Shown piece after piece: positions 26,068-36,951 of a stretch of DNA of 64,000 bases. Source of the stretch: Macrostomum hystrix (taxonomy: Eukaryota > Animalia > Platyhelminthes); NCBI GenBank assembly GCA_950097015.1, contig CATNEN010000033.1, positions 3,038,001 to 3,102,000 of the forward strand, written 5' to 3'. Each line of letters opens with the position of its first letter. The first letter of the stretch is position 1. A program made the translations under genes and the position numbers. A model generated the notes under the pieces. That model was not told the origin of the DNA. It did not search any database and saw only the letters and a program-made list of their open reading frames with translations.

Positions 26068-26499
26068 TCGATAAAAACTAACTGCATTGTCAGGAACCAG
26101 AGGAGAACATGCATAAAGCTTACCTCATCATTTGTTGGTCGACAAAAGCAACTGGCTGGCACAGAGCATAGAACTAAACAGAGAATCAACTTCATTTAGC
26201 TTTTATAAAGTAGTAATTAATAAAACTGATTAACTGGTGAAAAACAAAACCAATAAATTTACATACACTAGCTGCTTCAAATCAAGCGAAAAGTAGCCTA
26301 AAGAAGAAGTAAAGTTCTGTTGAAAAAAATAAATTGTAGTAGACGGGTTAATAATACAGTGTAATTAGTTAAAAAACTATGCGATTACAACTGAAATACA
26401 AAGCGGCCATAGACAAAACTAAGTCTCTAATAGCTGACATAGAGAGCACCCAACATCGCATATATTTTTCTATATTGTCTATGTCTATGTCTATTGTCT

Positions 26500-28012
26500 A
26501 TGTCTATCTCCGAAACTACCAGTCCAATTTGGTAGAAATTTGACACGGTATCATATATCGGCTGCTGTATGGAGAATATAAAGTGTGAGCAGTGTGGATT
26601 AAGCCAAAGTGTCTCTCCTGCGAATATCAATGGAGCCTATTGAAATACATTACAGAGATGGCGAGCACCACGTACAGGTGATTATCTCCGAAACTACCAG
26701 TCCAATTTGGTAGAAATTTGACACCGTATCATATCTCGGTTGCTGTATGGAGAATATAAAGTGTGAGCAGTGTGGATTAAGCCAAAGTGTCTCTCCTGCG
26801 AATATCAATGGAGCCTATTGAAATACATTACAGAGATGGCGAGCACCACGTACAGGTGATTATCTCCGAAACTACCAGTCCAATTTGGTAGAAATTTGAC
26901 ACGGTATCATATCTCGGTTGCTGTATGGAGAATATAAAGTGTGAGCAGTGTGGATTAAGCCAAAGTGTCTCTCCTGCGAATATCAATGGAGCCTATTGAA
27001 ATACATTACAGAGATGGCGAGCACCACGTACAGGTGATTATCTCCGAAACTACCAGTCCAATTTGGTAGAAATTTGACACCGTATCATATATCGGCTGCT
27101 GTATGGAGAATATAAAGTGTGAGCAGTGTGGATTAAGCCAAAGTGTCTCTCCAGCGAATATCAATGGAGCCTATTGAAATACATTACAGAGATGGCGAGC
27201 ACCACGTACAGGTGATTATCTCCGAAACTACCAGTCCAATTTGGTAGAAATTTGACACGGTATCATATATCGGTTGCTGTATGGAGAATATAAAGTGTGA
27301 GCAGTGTGGATTAAGCCAAAGTGTCTCTCCTGCGAATATCAATGGAGCCTATTGAAATACATTACAGAGATGGCGAGCACCACGTACAGGTGATTATCTC
27401 CGAAACTACCAGTCCAAATTGGTAGAAATTTGACACGGTATCATATCTCGGCTGCTGTATGGAGAATATAAAGTGTGAGCAGTGTGGATTAAGCCAAAGT
27501 GTCTTTCCTGCGAATATCAATGGAGCCTATTGAAATACATTACAGAGATGGCGAGCACCACGTACAGGTGATTATCTCCGAAACTACCAGTCCAATTTGG
27601 TAGAAATTTGACACGGTATCATATATCGGTTGCTGTATGGAGAATATAAAGTGTGAGCAGTGTGGATTAAGCCAAAGTGTCTCTCCTGCGAATATCAATG
27701 GAGCCTATTGAAATACATTACAGAGATGGCGAGCACCACGTACAGGTGATTATCTCCGAAACTACCAGTCCAATTTGGTAGAAATTTGACACGGTATCAT
27801 ATATCGGTTGCTGTATGGAGAATATAAAGTGTGAGCAGTGTGGATTAAGCCAAAGTGTCTCTCCTGCGAATATCAATGGAGCCTATTGAAATACATTACA
27901 GAGATGGCGAGCACCACGTACAGGTGATTATCTCCGAAACTACCAGTCCAATTTGGTAGAAATTTGACACGGTATCATATCTCGGTTGCTGTATGGAGAA
28001 TATAAAGTGTCG
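26500..28012 (-). repeat. 178-bp tandem array, right arm, inverted (~8.5 copies)
   Basis: Reverse complement of the left-arm unit. Confidence 0.92.
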
Positions 28013-29858
28013 ACACTCCGAGTTTGTTTAATTTTATAGAATTTTGATTCATCGAATATCAATCTGAATATCCATCGGGAAACCATTACATATGTGCGTG
28101 CACTATAAATTGTTTCCTAGAAGTCCGAAATCAGAAAATTGTACAAGAAGAATAACACAGAAGATTTGTTAGCTACTCTTGGCTCGTATATTATTTTTAT
28201 TTACGTTGAGTATCAATACAGGAAGCAGTTGACTCTTCTCCTTACGTTTGTTAAAACTTTTTCTTGAAGTGAGCGTAACATGTGAACTTAAGGAATTAAG
28301 AATTAATAGGCAGCGGAGAAATCATTGCTAATTTGTTGTGCTGACATAGAGTACATCCGATATATTACATTGCATGCATGTATTATCCAGCTCTTCAATG
28401 TGAAGGCGTAATAGCTTTTTTTGACGTACTTACTTGACGTAAATGCAGTTTTACATTTTTATTAATCATTGTTCATGTATTTAAAGGTATTGAGACTCGG
28501 CCAAACTACATTATTTTATTATTCGTCAGTGGGAGCTGCAGTGCATGAGCTCGGCGCATCATTTGGTGACATCCAGCGAGGAAGCAATTCTGCCCTTTTG
28601 TTTAACCTTGAGCACACACACACACGCACATACAAAAAGATGCTGGGTTACAGCTATATCCTTCCGGTGAAAACCGACGCAACTGCTACTATATAGCTAC
28701 AACTACAATGCCACCTACACTAATACCTTACTAGCTAAATGCTTGTTATTTAAGTTTTACCAATATTGAGTCTGCAGCTCCACTTGTTTATTGGCCTGCC
28801 ATAGTTTTGTATCAGGCGCCGTGCTGTTTTCGCAGACAGTGCTATTTTTAGAGCTCACCGAGCTAAACAGAGGTGATTCATTATTTGAAGACAATGTACG
28901 GAAATCATGCAGCAGCACTTTGCAGCGAGAGCCAGCCAGTCTGAACGTCTCAGATGGTTCGCTCCACTGGTTTGTTCTGGCAGACTCTCTCGCGCAAAGC
29001 ACTCAAAATGTAAGTTTCTTTATGCGAGTTCGGCTCTTTGAGTACGAGCGTATTGTATTTGTGCGTCGTTTAAAGGTTCTCTGCGGACTCCTCTTTAAGT
29101 TTCGTCGTCTCATTATCATTAGCCGCTGGTCCACTACAAGAATACGAAGTCGAAGGCGCATCTTATGCAGACGCATAGAGACACATTGATGTAACCTTTA
29201 ATCTGCTACAATGATGATGTATTATGCATTTGTATATGATCATTGGAGTGACCGCCGTTGGGTTTCGAATGCAGTTACCGGCTGCTGTCTCGCAATATAA
29301 CGAGCAGTACTTGAGAGAACTGACTCGGATTTGTATGACGCATGGGATCGAGGTGGAATTAAGTGACAACCGATGAAGCTTTTGAGCCTAACTTTTACTT
29401 ATCCTGGATTAAATTACGAAAGCGTATGCCCAATACTTTAGCTCAATGTACAGCACAGTTTGAAGCCCCATAAGCAAACTGGGACTTGGCATGAAACACC
29501 TTCCACTGTTCCGAAAGAAATAATGATAACTCTTAAGCTTCATGTTTAAATTTGAACTACTACGAAGCTTAATTGCTTTTAAAGGTAACCATGCAAACCA
29601 AGACATAAACATAAAAGCATCAGATTTAATTTTAATTTAAACTGTACAATAACTGACAGCGAAGTTTGTGAACACCTATTCGCTCAAGTACAATACACGT
29701 CTGGTTAGAATGAGCGGGTTTGTAATGCTTAGCTAGTGGATATAAATACAAGCGTACACCCAAGCGCTTCACTGTCTTGGTACCTTATTCTAGTTTTATT
29801 CTGTTCTGCTGCAAACGCACTGGAAATATCAATCAACCAGAATTTGAAAACCTTAGCA

Positions 29859-29991
29859 CTGGGAACATGTGTTGCAGGGATGAGGTGAGTCTCCAAGATT
29901 GCCCATCAACCATTAGAAATGTTTTCTGGGAACATGTGTAGCAGGGATGAGGTGAGTCTCCAAGATTGCCCATCAACCATTAGAAATGTTT
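29859..29991. repeat. 67-bp tandem duplication
   Basis: CTGGGAACATGTGT...CATTAGAAATGTTT occurs twice. Confidence 0.85.
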
Positions 29992-30808
29992 CTGCTTCGC
30001 AACGGAATTCCATGGAAGAGCCGATAAACCCAATTGTTTTCTAATGCTTTTAGGATGACGAACCGCTTTTAACGGATACGTCGCCCGTCGAGGTGAGCAC
30101 ACAAGCCTTTCAATGGCATCTTTCTTTGCATTCTTGATTTGGCTCAGCAATTGGGTCCAGAGTTTCGGGCCCACTTTTTGCCACTTACTGGTACCATCTC
30201 ACCCAGAGCCTGGCCAGGGTCATCTAGTCAAAATCTAATTTCGATTCCGGGATTTGAACTCCATTGTGTTGTTTCTGATGGTTTTCGAAGATTCTCAAAT
30301 CTGCAGATTATGACAATAATAGGTCTACCGTGTTTGCCCACTTGCCGGCCGACGTTTGACCGCCGGCAGTTTAGTGTGTACACTGACAATGGACACCAAT
30401 AATTTTGCATGTATGCACAGCTTTAAATAACGCAGCTCGTATTTCCTAACTCCAGTCTGGATACAAGAAACGCCAATACCGGTCTATAGACTCAACAAGA
30501 TAAGTCTATATCAATCACGATTAACATCCCAAATACACGCAATGAAAACTTATCTTAAGAATTGCACTGTCCCACCTACAGATTAAAAATATTCGGGTAG
30601 CTAGTTTATCTCAATCGGTATTCCAGAAAATAGAACTAAAATATATTTTAACAAATGGCCAGTTGTACACCTGATCTAGCTGCCAAGGCACACATCGGCG
30701 GGTTAACGGCCTGCGGGCAAACGGCCAGCGTTTGGTTTGCACATTCGATTATTCAATTATTACCTGTCTTTTGTCCGATTTCAACAGGAAGCCGGCCACG
30801 CCAAGTTC

Positions 30809-32446
30809 ATGAAGTTCAACCCTGTGTGGAAGATCTGCGCCTTCACGGTTCTGCTCCTCCTCCTGTCATTAGCATTCATAACGGAACTGAGGGCCTTCGA
30901 GCAAGCAAGTGAGAACGACAGCGCCTCAGAAACATACCCACAAAATATCTGCTGGGCCTGCGTGGGATTCAGATGTGCTTTTTCAGCCCTTGCTACAGCC
31001 TCAGTCTTGTGGATCTACTTCCGCGTGCTGAAGACCGTCGATGGAAATGTTAGAGTGGAAAATATGCCTGCCAACATTCAGGCACCGCGCAGCACCCTTC
31101 CGTCTAAGCTTTTCGTTTGGAGCTTGTTATTTCTCGCTTGCTGGTATTGCTTCTCAATGTTGATAGAATTAGGTTGTGGAATTTCAGACATCGCCCAGAA
31201 TATCACGGACTATGAAAGGCACCCGCTGTCTGGTCATGCTACAGGAAAAATTTTAGAACGCAGCTTTATGCTCGCTTTTGCCATTGTGCAGACGGTCTTC
31301 CTCCTGAAATATTTAAACAAATGCATTCTGGTGCGGCTGGGTGAGGCCTGGATGGCACTGTCCATAATTCTGGCAGTCAGCATCGGCTCCTGGTTAACGA
31401 ATATCGGCATGGCGCTGCAAGATACCAAAAAAGTTGACCACTTGATTAAAAATGACACCATGGTTACCAATGATATGGCCAGAAGAATTCAAGACATGCT
31501 CTATCCGTTCCGAATTGAATTCTGCATCACGGCTTCTCTTGTGACCTATTGTCTGATGTCGAATTCGGGTCGGAAAAATTTTCGCAACGAAGGTGAAGTT
31601 AGAGCTCAACATGGACCAACGCAGATTGTGTTTTGCAAACACTTAAAAGCGGTGCTTCCTGGACTGCTTCTGCTAGGGCTTATCATGGTAGCTGTGTTGG
31701 CTGCAGGCCTTGATAACCCAGGGAATGTCACCCTAAGCACTTCATTTTACTGTGCCCTGTTGTTTCTCCAAGTTCTCGGAATAGGAAGCGTCCTTGCTCT
31801 TCTATGCTACACTCAGCACGATAGAAGGCGGCAGCTGAACTCGGAGTTTCTTGTCGACCGGCTGCTCCTGTGGCTGGGGGCAATGGCCATTGTGCTCAAC
31901 GCTGTATACAGAATATGGGGGAGCATTTTCAAGACTTTCGATCAGCAAAATCATATGAGAGAGACCATGTGGCATTCCTCCACTAACTCATCGGCTAACG
32001 AGCGATTGAGGGGCGGAGTTGAGTTTGCCAGCGAAATGGCTAGCATTATTCAGTGCGGATTACAGTCCTTTCAGTTCGAATCAATGCTGACGGCTACGTT
32101 TTCCAAGACCAGTCGGCTGACCAAGTTCCTTGCCAGAGACTGCCCATCAGCTGGAAATCAGCATCACGGGAACCAGGAAGTGGAACATATAGGTCGCAAA
32201 ATATGTTTAATACTCTACTTGTTGATGGTGCTGAACTTGTTGCAGTGGGTGCTCAGCGTGGTGGGCTTCACGTTCTTCTTCTATGATGGAACAAAGGACC
32301 CCATCTCACTTGTTATTGTGCCTCTGGTGGTGTTCTACGGCTTTCATTCAGCCTTGTTTATTCACCACTTCGCAAAAAATAGAAAATTGGAGCAAATGGC
32401 TTCTGGCACTCGAAATCAACGCCAAGCTGCACATATCCTCGAATAA
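30809..32446 (+). CDS. Otopetrin-family (proton channel-like) multipass membrane protein, single coding exon
   Basis: About 12 hydrophobic segments; family motifs FAIVQTVFL, MLYPFRIEF and PLVVFYGFHS; probable ATG 30809 (frame open from 30737). Confidence 0.85.
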   Translation: MKFNPVWKICAFTVLLLLLSLAFITELRAFEQASENDSASETYPQNICWACVGFRCAFSALATASVLWIYFRVLKTVDGNVRVENMPANIQAPRSTLPSKLFVWSLLFLACWYCFSMLIELGCGISDIAQNITDYERHPLSGHATGKILERSFMLAFAIVQTVFLLKYLNKCILVRLGEAWMALSIILAVSIGSWLTNIGMALQDTKKVDHLIKNDTMVTNDMARRIQDMLYPFRIEFCITASLVTYCLMSNSGRKNFRNEGEVRAQHGPTQIVFCKHLKAVLPGLLLLGLIMVAVLAAGLDNPGNVTLSTSFYCALLFLQVLGIGSVLALLCYTQHDRRRQLNSEFLVDRLLLWLGAMAIVLNAVYRIWGSIFKTFDQQNHMRETMWHSSTNSSANERLRGGVEFASEMASIIQCGLQSFQFESMLTATFSKTSRLTKFLARDCPSAGNQHHGNQEVEHIGRKICLILYLLMVLNLLQWVLSVVGFTFFFYDGTKDPISLVIVPLVVFYGFHSALFIHHFAKNRKLEQMASGTRNQRQAAHILE

Positions 32447-33203
32447 ATTGGTGCTAGCAGCTAAGGTCGGTCGGATATTATGCTCGCTGAAAATTACTTT
32501 TGTTATTTTTTATCCTGGAATCTGCAGGTACGAGTATAACTCTTACACTACAGTGGTTATTGTAAATATTTGTTGCAACTTCGCGTGAATATTTTTTCTT
32601 TTTAACTTGTTTTATAATAACCAACATTTTATTTTAGACATTCTTTGTTTAAAAAAGACATTGCATGGTATTCGTACTATTTTGCTTGCGCTTACATCGT
32701 CTTAAAAATTGTAATTTGTAGATTTACGCGCACATAATATATCCGGAAACTTTGAGGCATAGCCAGTGGCGGATCTGGGGAGAGCAGCTGTGGCCAAAAA
32801 ATATTTTTGTCACACTAAGCGAGGTCCCCAAAGATTTCTAAGATTCCAGTGGTTTTGCAAAGCTAGGCAACTTAGGCCCTCTAAAAAACTTAGGGTATCC
32901 GCTCCTGGCTATTACTACAATGTGTGTGTGTTTGTACGTGTGTCTGGTGTATCGTCTTGTTGTCGTTTAGGCGAATGAATTAACAGACTTTCGCGATTAA
33001 ATTAATAATTATTTTTCTCGTCACACGGAAGAATTTCGCTGAGATCTGGCTTCATTCTGAAGATATTCTGTATCTAATAAAGCAGATTAATTTTAGTTTA
33101 GTTTTTAGAGGTCCAATTTTAAGGGCCAATTATATTTTGCGCAAAAGGACTACTGCCAATTTTCTTCTATCGCGTAACTGATTTCGTCACCTGTGCGCGC
33201 GTG

Positions 33204-33390
33204 TGGTTAGTAGGGCTGGCTGAATTTGAGTTGCACTCTCTTGCCTACTAGGCTACTTGGACTACCTTCTTAGATTATAACTGCAGTGTATGCGAATGGT
33301 TAGTAGGGCTGGCTGAATTTGAGTTGCACTCTCTTGCCTACTAGGCTACTTGGACTACCTTCTTAGATTATAACTGCAGTGTATGCGAAT
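33204..33390. repeat. 93-bp tandem duplication
   Basis: TGGTTAGTAGGGCTGG...GTATGCGAAT occurs twice. Confidence 0.85.
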
Positions 33391-34502
33391 ATTGCTTGGC
33401 TGCTATTTAATTATTGCAACGCATAGATGAGGTTAGCGTAGACCTGTGAAAATAACGCAGCTAATCTGCGACGAGGTTATAGCAAAACTCCCATGAGATT
33501 AAGAGTAGAAATTGGCCACTGGGGCATTAAACATACCAACCTTTTTATTTTTCTGAATCTCCCGAAATATTCAACCAATCGCCAGGAAAATCCATAACAC
33601 GCGCTAAAGTTTTCTGCTCTATCCGATGAAGCAACTTCCAGAATCACAAAACATTAGCACCGTCGAGATACGAGTATTCAACGATTCTCGTTGAGGTGTC
33701 TGGTGGCAAAATCAACATATATAGGCAAACTTTTTCTGCTGAAAAATGTTTATTGTGTAACTATGTTGGCTATAATTTTTAACTATTTTGGATTCGCCAT
33801 AGAAGTTTAGACAGAACAATGTTACTTGTTCTTGTCATCAGGGTCTTCGACTTGAATAGCTGAATATCTTGAAGATGCTGGGGCCGGATGGCTTTGATAG
33901 TTAGTTTATCATAAAGGGTGGAGAAATTTGATTCAGATGGTGGACTTTCGTGAAAATTGGTCATTCGGTTTGGGAGCAGCAGTGAAGCAGGCAGATCGGA
34001 GGTATTTGAAACACCCCGTGTTCTTTTAAACTGATGCCTAAGAGGAAAATAGTCTTTCTACTGTTAAGGGAAATTATCCGCACGTATTATTGCAAAGTAC
34101 AATAGGATTATTAAGAAGCTGAAATCAAATTGTTGCATTTGAATCTAATATTTAAATGAGCATTGAGACGAGATCACGTCTCACCTTGAGACAATTTTCC
34201 AGCGGCTTTGGGGAAAACGGCAGCTTAGTGGGGGGGGTCGACCGACGGGGTAAATTTGTTAAGTTTACCAACTGGGTATGGTGTATCAGTTTTGAGGGAA
34301 TCGGCCAACTTAGGGGGTATTATTTGGCACTCGTTCTATGAGCTTCAGAGTCTAACGCGTTTGCCTCTCACGTCAAGTCCTGAGCTCGATTCTGCGGAGA
34401 CGCCACATTCAATTGGGGTGATTTCGGAGACACAGCTTGGAGGCTTGTCGTGCAATTTGCAAACATGAGAGGGCCAACTCCCTACGTATACAACCTCATG
34501 AC

Positions 34503-35101
34503 CGACTTCAGGGAGTCGATCGAGAAGGCGGTGGGCAGCGCGAGCATCAGCTCGCAGCCGTTCAACTTGACGAGAGACTCGAGCGGCCTGCACTTTGCAG
34601 GGAGGATGACGTCATACCTGAAGCTGAGCATCCCGGGAGGTCTCACGGCTCTCACTGATCGGAGCGGCGAGAGAGCGGTCAGCTTCTTCATGAAGGTGCG
34701 ACGGCCGTACAAGCCGAGGAGTGTGTACACTACCGAAGGTAGTGCAGGCGAAATTATGTGTAAATTGTTGGAGGATGGCGGACCTCTGATCTTCTCTTAC
34801 AAGCACCTGAGCAAGCAGTTCACATCGACCCCAAACTTCATGGAGACGGACGTGGATCCCGCTGGGTTTTTCTAGGCGTCGCCGCTAGCAACTTCACGGG
34901 CGTCTTCGCCTTCCTGGATGGGCGAGTTTACGATTTTACCGCCATATTTTTAAGTGCACAGACTATGGACTTTGTAATTCTTCTGGGCTACTCTCAGGTT
35001 AATGCCGCCAGCTGCCTATCGGGGACAATCGTCTGCTTCGGCATCGCCCAATGGAAAATGACTGTAGACCAGCTGCAAACAATATCCGCAATGTGCGAGT
35101 G
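34503..35101 (+). pseudogene. Partial duplicate of the 13695-14648 gene: 5' part missing, 1-bp frameshift near 34870
   Basis: Homologous to 14039-14648; T5 instead of T6 before CTAGG brings a TAG into frame. Confidence 0.7.
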
Positions 35102-36336
35102 AGGCGCCTAGTAACTGTCTGCGCGAGTATTATACTATGCAATAGCTTTGAACACATGCATAACATGAGAATGGTCGCAAGTGAGATTTTTTATAATTAC
35201 GAAAATAGCAGGAGAAAACTTTCTTGCTAAGAAATCGTGAGTTTTAGTGGCTTAGGTTTAGGTGCTTAAAGAAAACTAATTTCATAGCTGCTGCCTAGAT
35301 TGCCACTAAATTAGACTTTCGTCCAGTTTCTAAAGTAGTGCAGGCGTTTTCTGCAAATGATCGGGACCCCCAGATTATGCCTCAGCAACTTTGTTTTTCT
35401 TATTCCCCTATTAAGTGTAGGGAATTCCGGAAATCTTGTGCGATGCGCTGCCTTATATTCCAAATTCAAAGAAAACCTGTCAGAAAAATTCTAGTGTAAG
35501 CAAAGAAAGAGAGCGCAAGCGGTTTTGAAGAATCGATGAATGCCTTGCTGGGATATTTTCCAACTTCCTCATTTTTGTCGCGCTTCACCCGTACATTTCT
35601 GGGCTGCAGCTGCTAGTTGTCTATATTCTCACCCTGAAAACAGCAGCTTAATGGGCTGCCGATGATTGCCGCCTGTCACACGTAACTCTGCTCTGCAAGC
35701 CGTCTGTGATTGGGCCACACGGCTTTGAATGGGGCCAAGCAATCGAAGAAAGCTTCGCAATTTTCTTTCGTCCGCAGCGCTGGAGTTAGGGAAATAGTGC
35801 TTTGCCTAACCTAACTTCCCTAACTACCGATCCCTAGATCGGCTGTGGGCTGGAATTATCGGCAGAAAGAAGGACGGCCGGCTAAAAATATGTAATCTCT
35901 GACGAAGGCAAAAGTAACTAAGGGAGTGAAGATAGTGAATTATAGATAGGGAGTGAATTATTTTTGCCGAGCGAAATCGAGCCTCTAAAGTACCTAGCTG
36001 GCAACAGTCCTTTGGAGAGAGCTGGAACGCTGAAGCTTTCAGGTTTCCGCTCGCGTCGAGGCGGGATTGGAGGCGGCTTGAAAGGAAAATTAGACAACAG
36101 GAACGCAGGAAAAAAGACAGCAAGTGCCTATCCGCACTGCGCATTACCTGCTAAACACAAGGAATGCGCAGACTGAAGGTCTGTGAGGGTGAACTGACCT
36201 AATACAAATATTCATAAGTGACGCCGCGGTTCAGAGATGCTTTACTGAAACTCGGTTTCAAGGGCTATTATACTATGCGTGAGCGATTCGCATCACCTGC
36301 AACAGAAGCAGTAACAGCAGCAGCAGCAGCAGCTGA

Positions 36337-36828
36337 ATGCACGCGATCGGAATTTCCGTACTGACAACGCATCCGCAGCAGCAGCCGCAGAGGCAACCAT
36401 CTCAGCTTCAGCAGCAAGCGCCAAGTCAAGCAGCTCTCATGCTGGACAGTTGGTGGCCAGTGTGGGCAACTCACGTGCTGGTGGTCGCGGCCTTTTGCGC
36501 CCTACTCGGAGTCAGTTTTGCTGCCTATCACCGCAAGCAGTTGCGCGTTGCGGCGGCTAAGCGGCACCGCATGGCGCTACGCAGCCGGCCTAAGCTTCGC
36601 ATGATGTCCAGCGTCACTGTCTGCGCCGCACTCAGCGTTGACAGCTCCGGTGGTCCCCTGGCCGCTTGCGGCTGTCCTCTGCGGCTTAGCGCCGATATGG
36701 GCGTGCCTTTTGGAGGCTCTCTGGGCGGCGCCGGCTGCGCGCTAGACTCTAGCAAGAAGAAGGGTGGCGGCCTTCTAATGTTTGACTTTCGGCGGCAGTC
36801 TGGTCGAGGTGGACCCTGCGCCATCTAG
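36337..36828 (+). CDS. Possible single-pass membrane protein or exon, function unknown
   Basis: GC-rich 163-aa ORF with one hydrophobic segment followed by basic residues; no recognised homology. Confidence 0.3.
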   Translation: MHAIGISVLTTHPQQQPQRQPSQLQQQAPSQAALMLDSWWPVWATHVLVVAAFCALLGVSFAAYHRKQLRVAAAKRHRMALRSRPKLRMMSSVTVCAALSVDSSGGPLAACGCPLRLSADMGVPFGGSLGGAGCALDSSKKKGGGLLMFDFRRQSGRGGPCAI

Positions 36829-36844
36829 CAAAGTCTTGAATTTT

Positions 36845-36932
36845 GGCCTGACCTGAGCCTGACCTCGGCCTGACCTCGGCCTGACCTCGGCCTGACCTCG
36901 GCCTGACCCTGGCCTGACCTAGGCCTGACCTT
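36845..36932. repeat. 11-bp microrepeat (GGCCTGACCTC)
   Basis: About 8 imperfect units directly left of the mariner. Confidence 0.85.
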
Positions 36933-36951
36933 GGTCTTATCTTTACATTTA

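Larger units (their letters stand above)
24438..28091. mobile_element. Foldback/Mutator-like DNA transposon with long modular TIRs, probably non-autonomous
   Basis: 9-bp TSD ATGTGCGTG at 24429-24437 and 28092-28100; ~80-bp unique terminal IR followed by 178-bp units in opposite orientation at the two ends. Confidence 0.88.

Noticed and set aside
36268-36474. Homology with the 21299-21763 exon (shared AAAVTASV)
   Set aside because: Low-complexity match only; flanking residues do not align.
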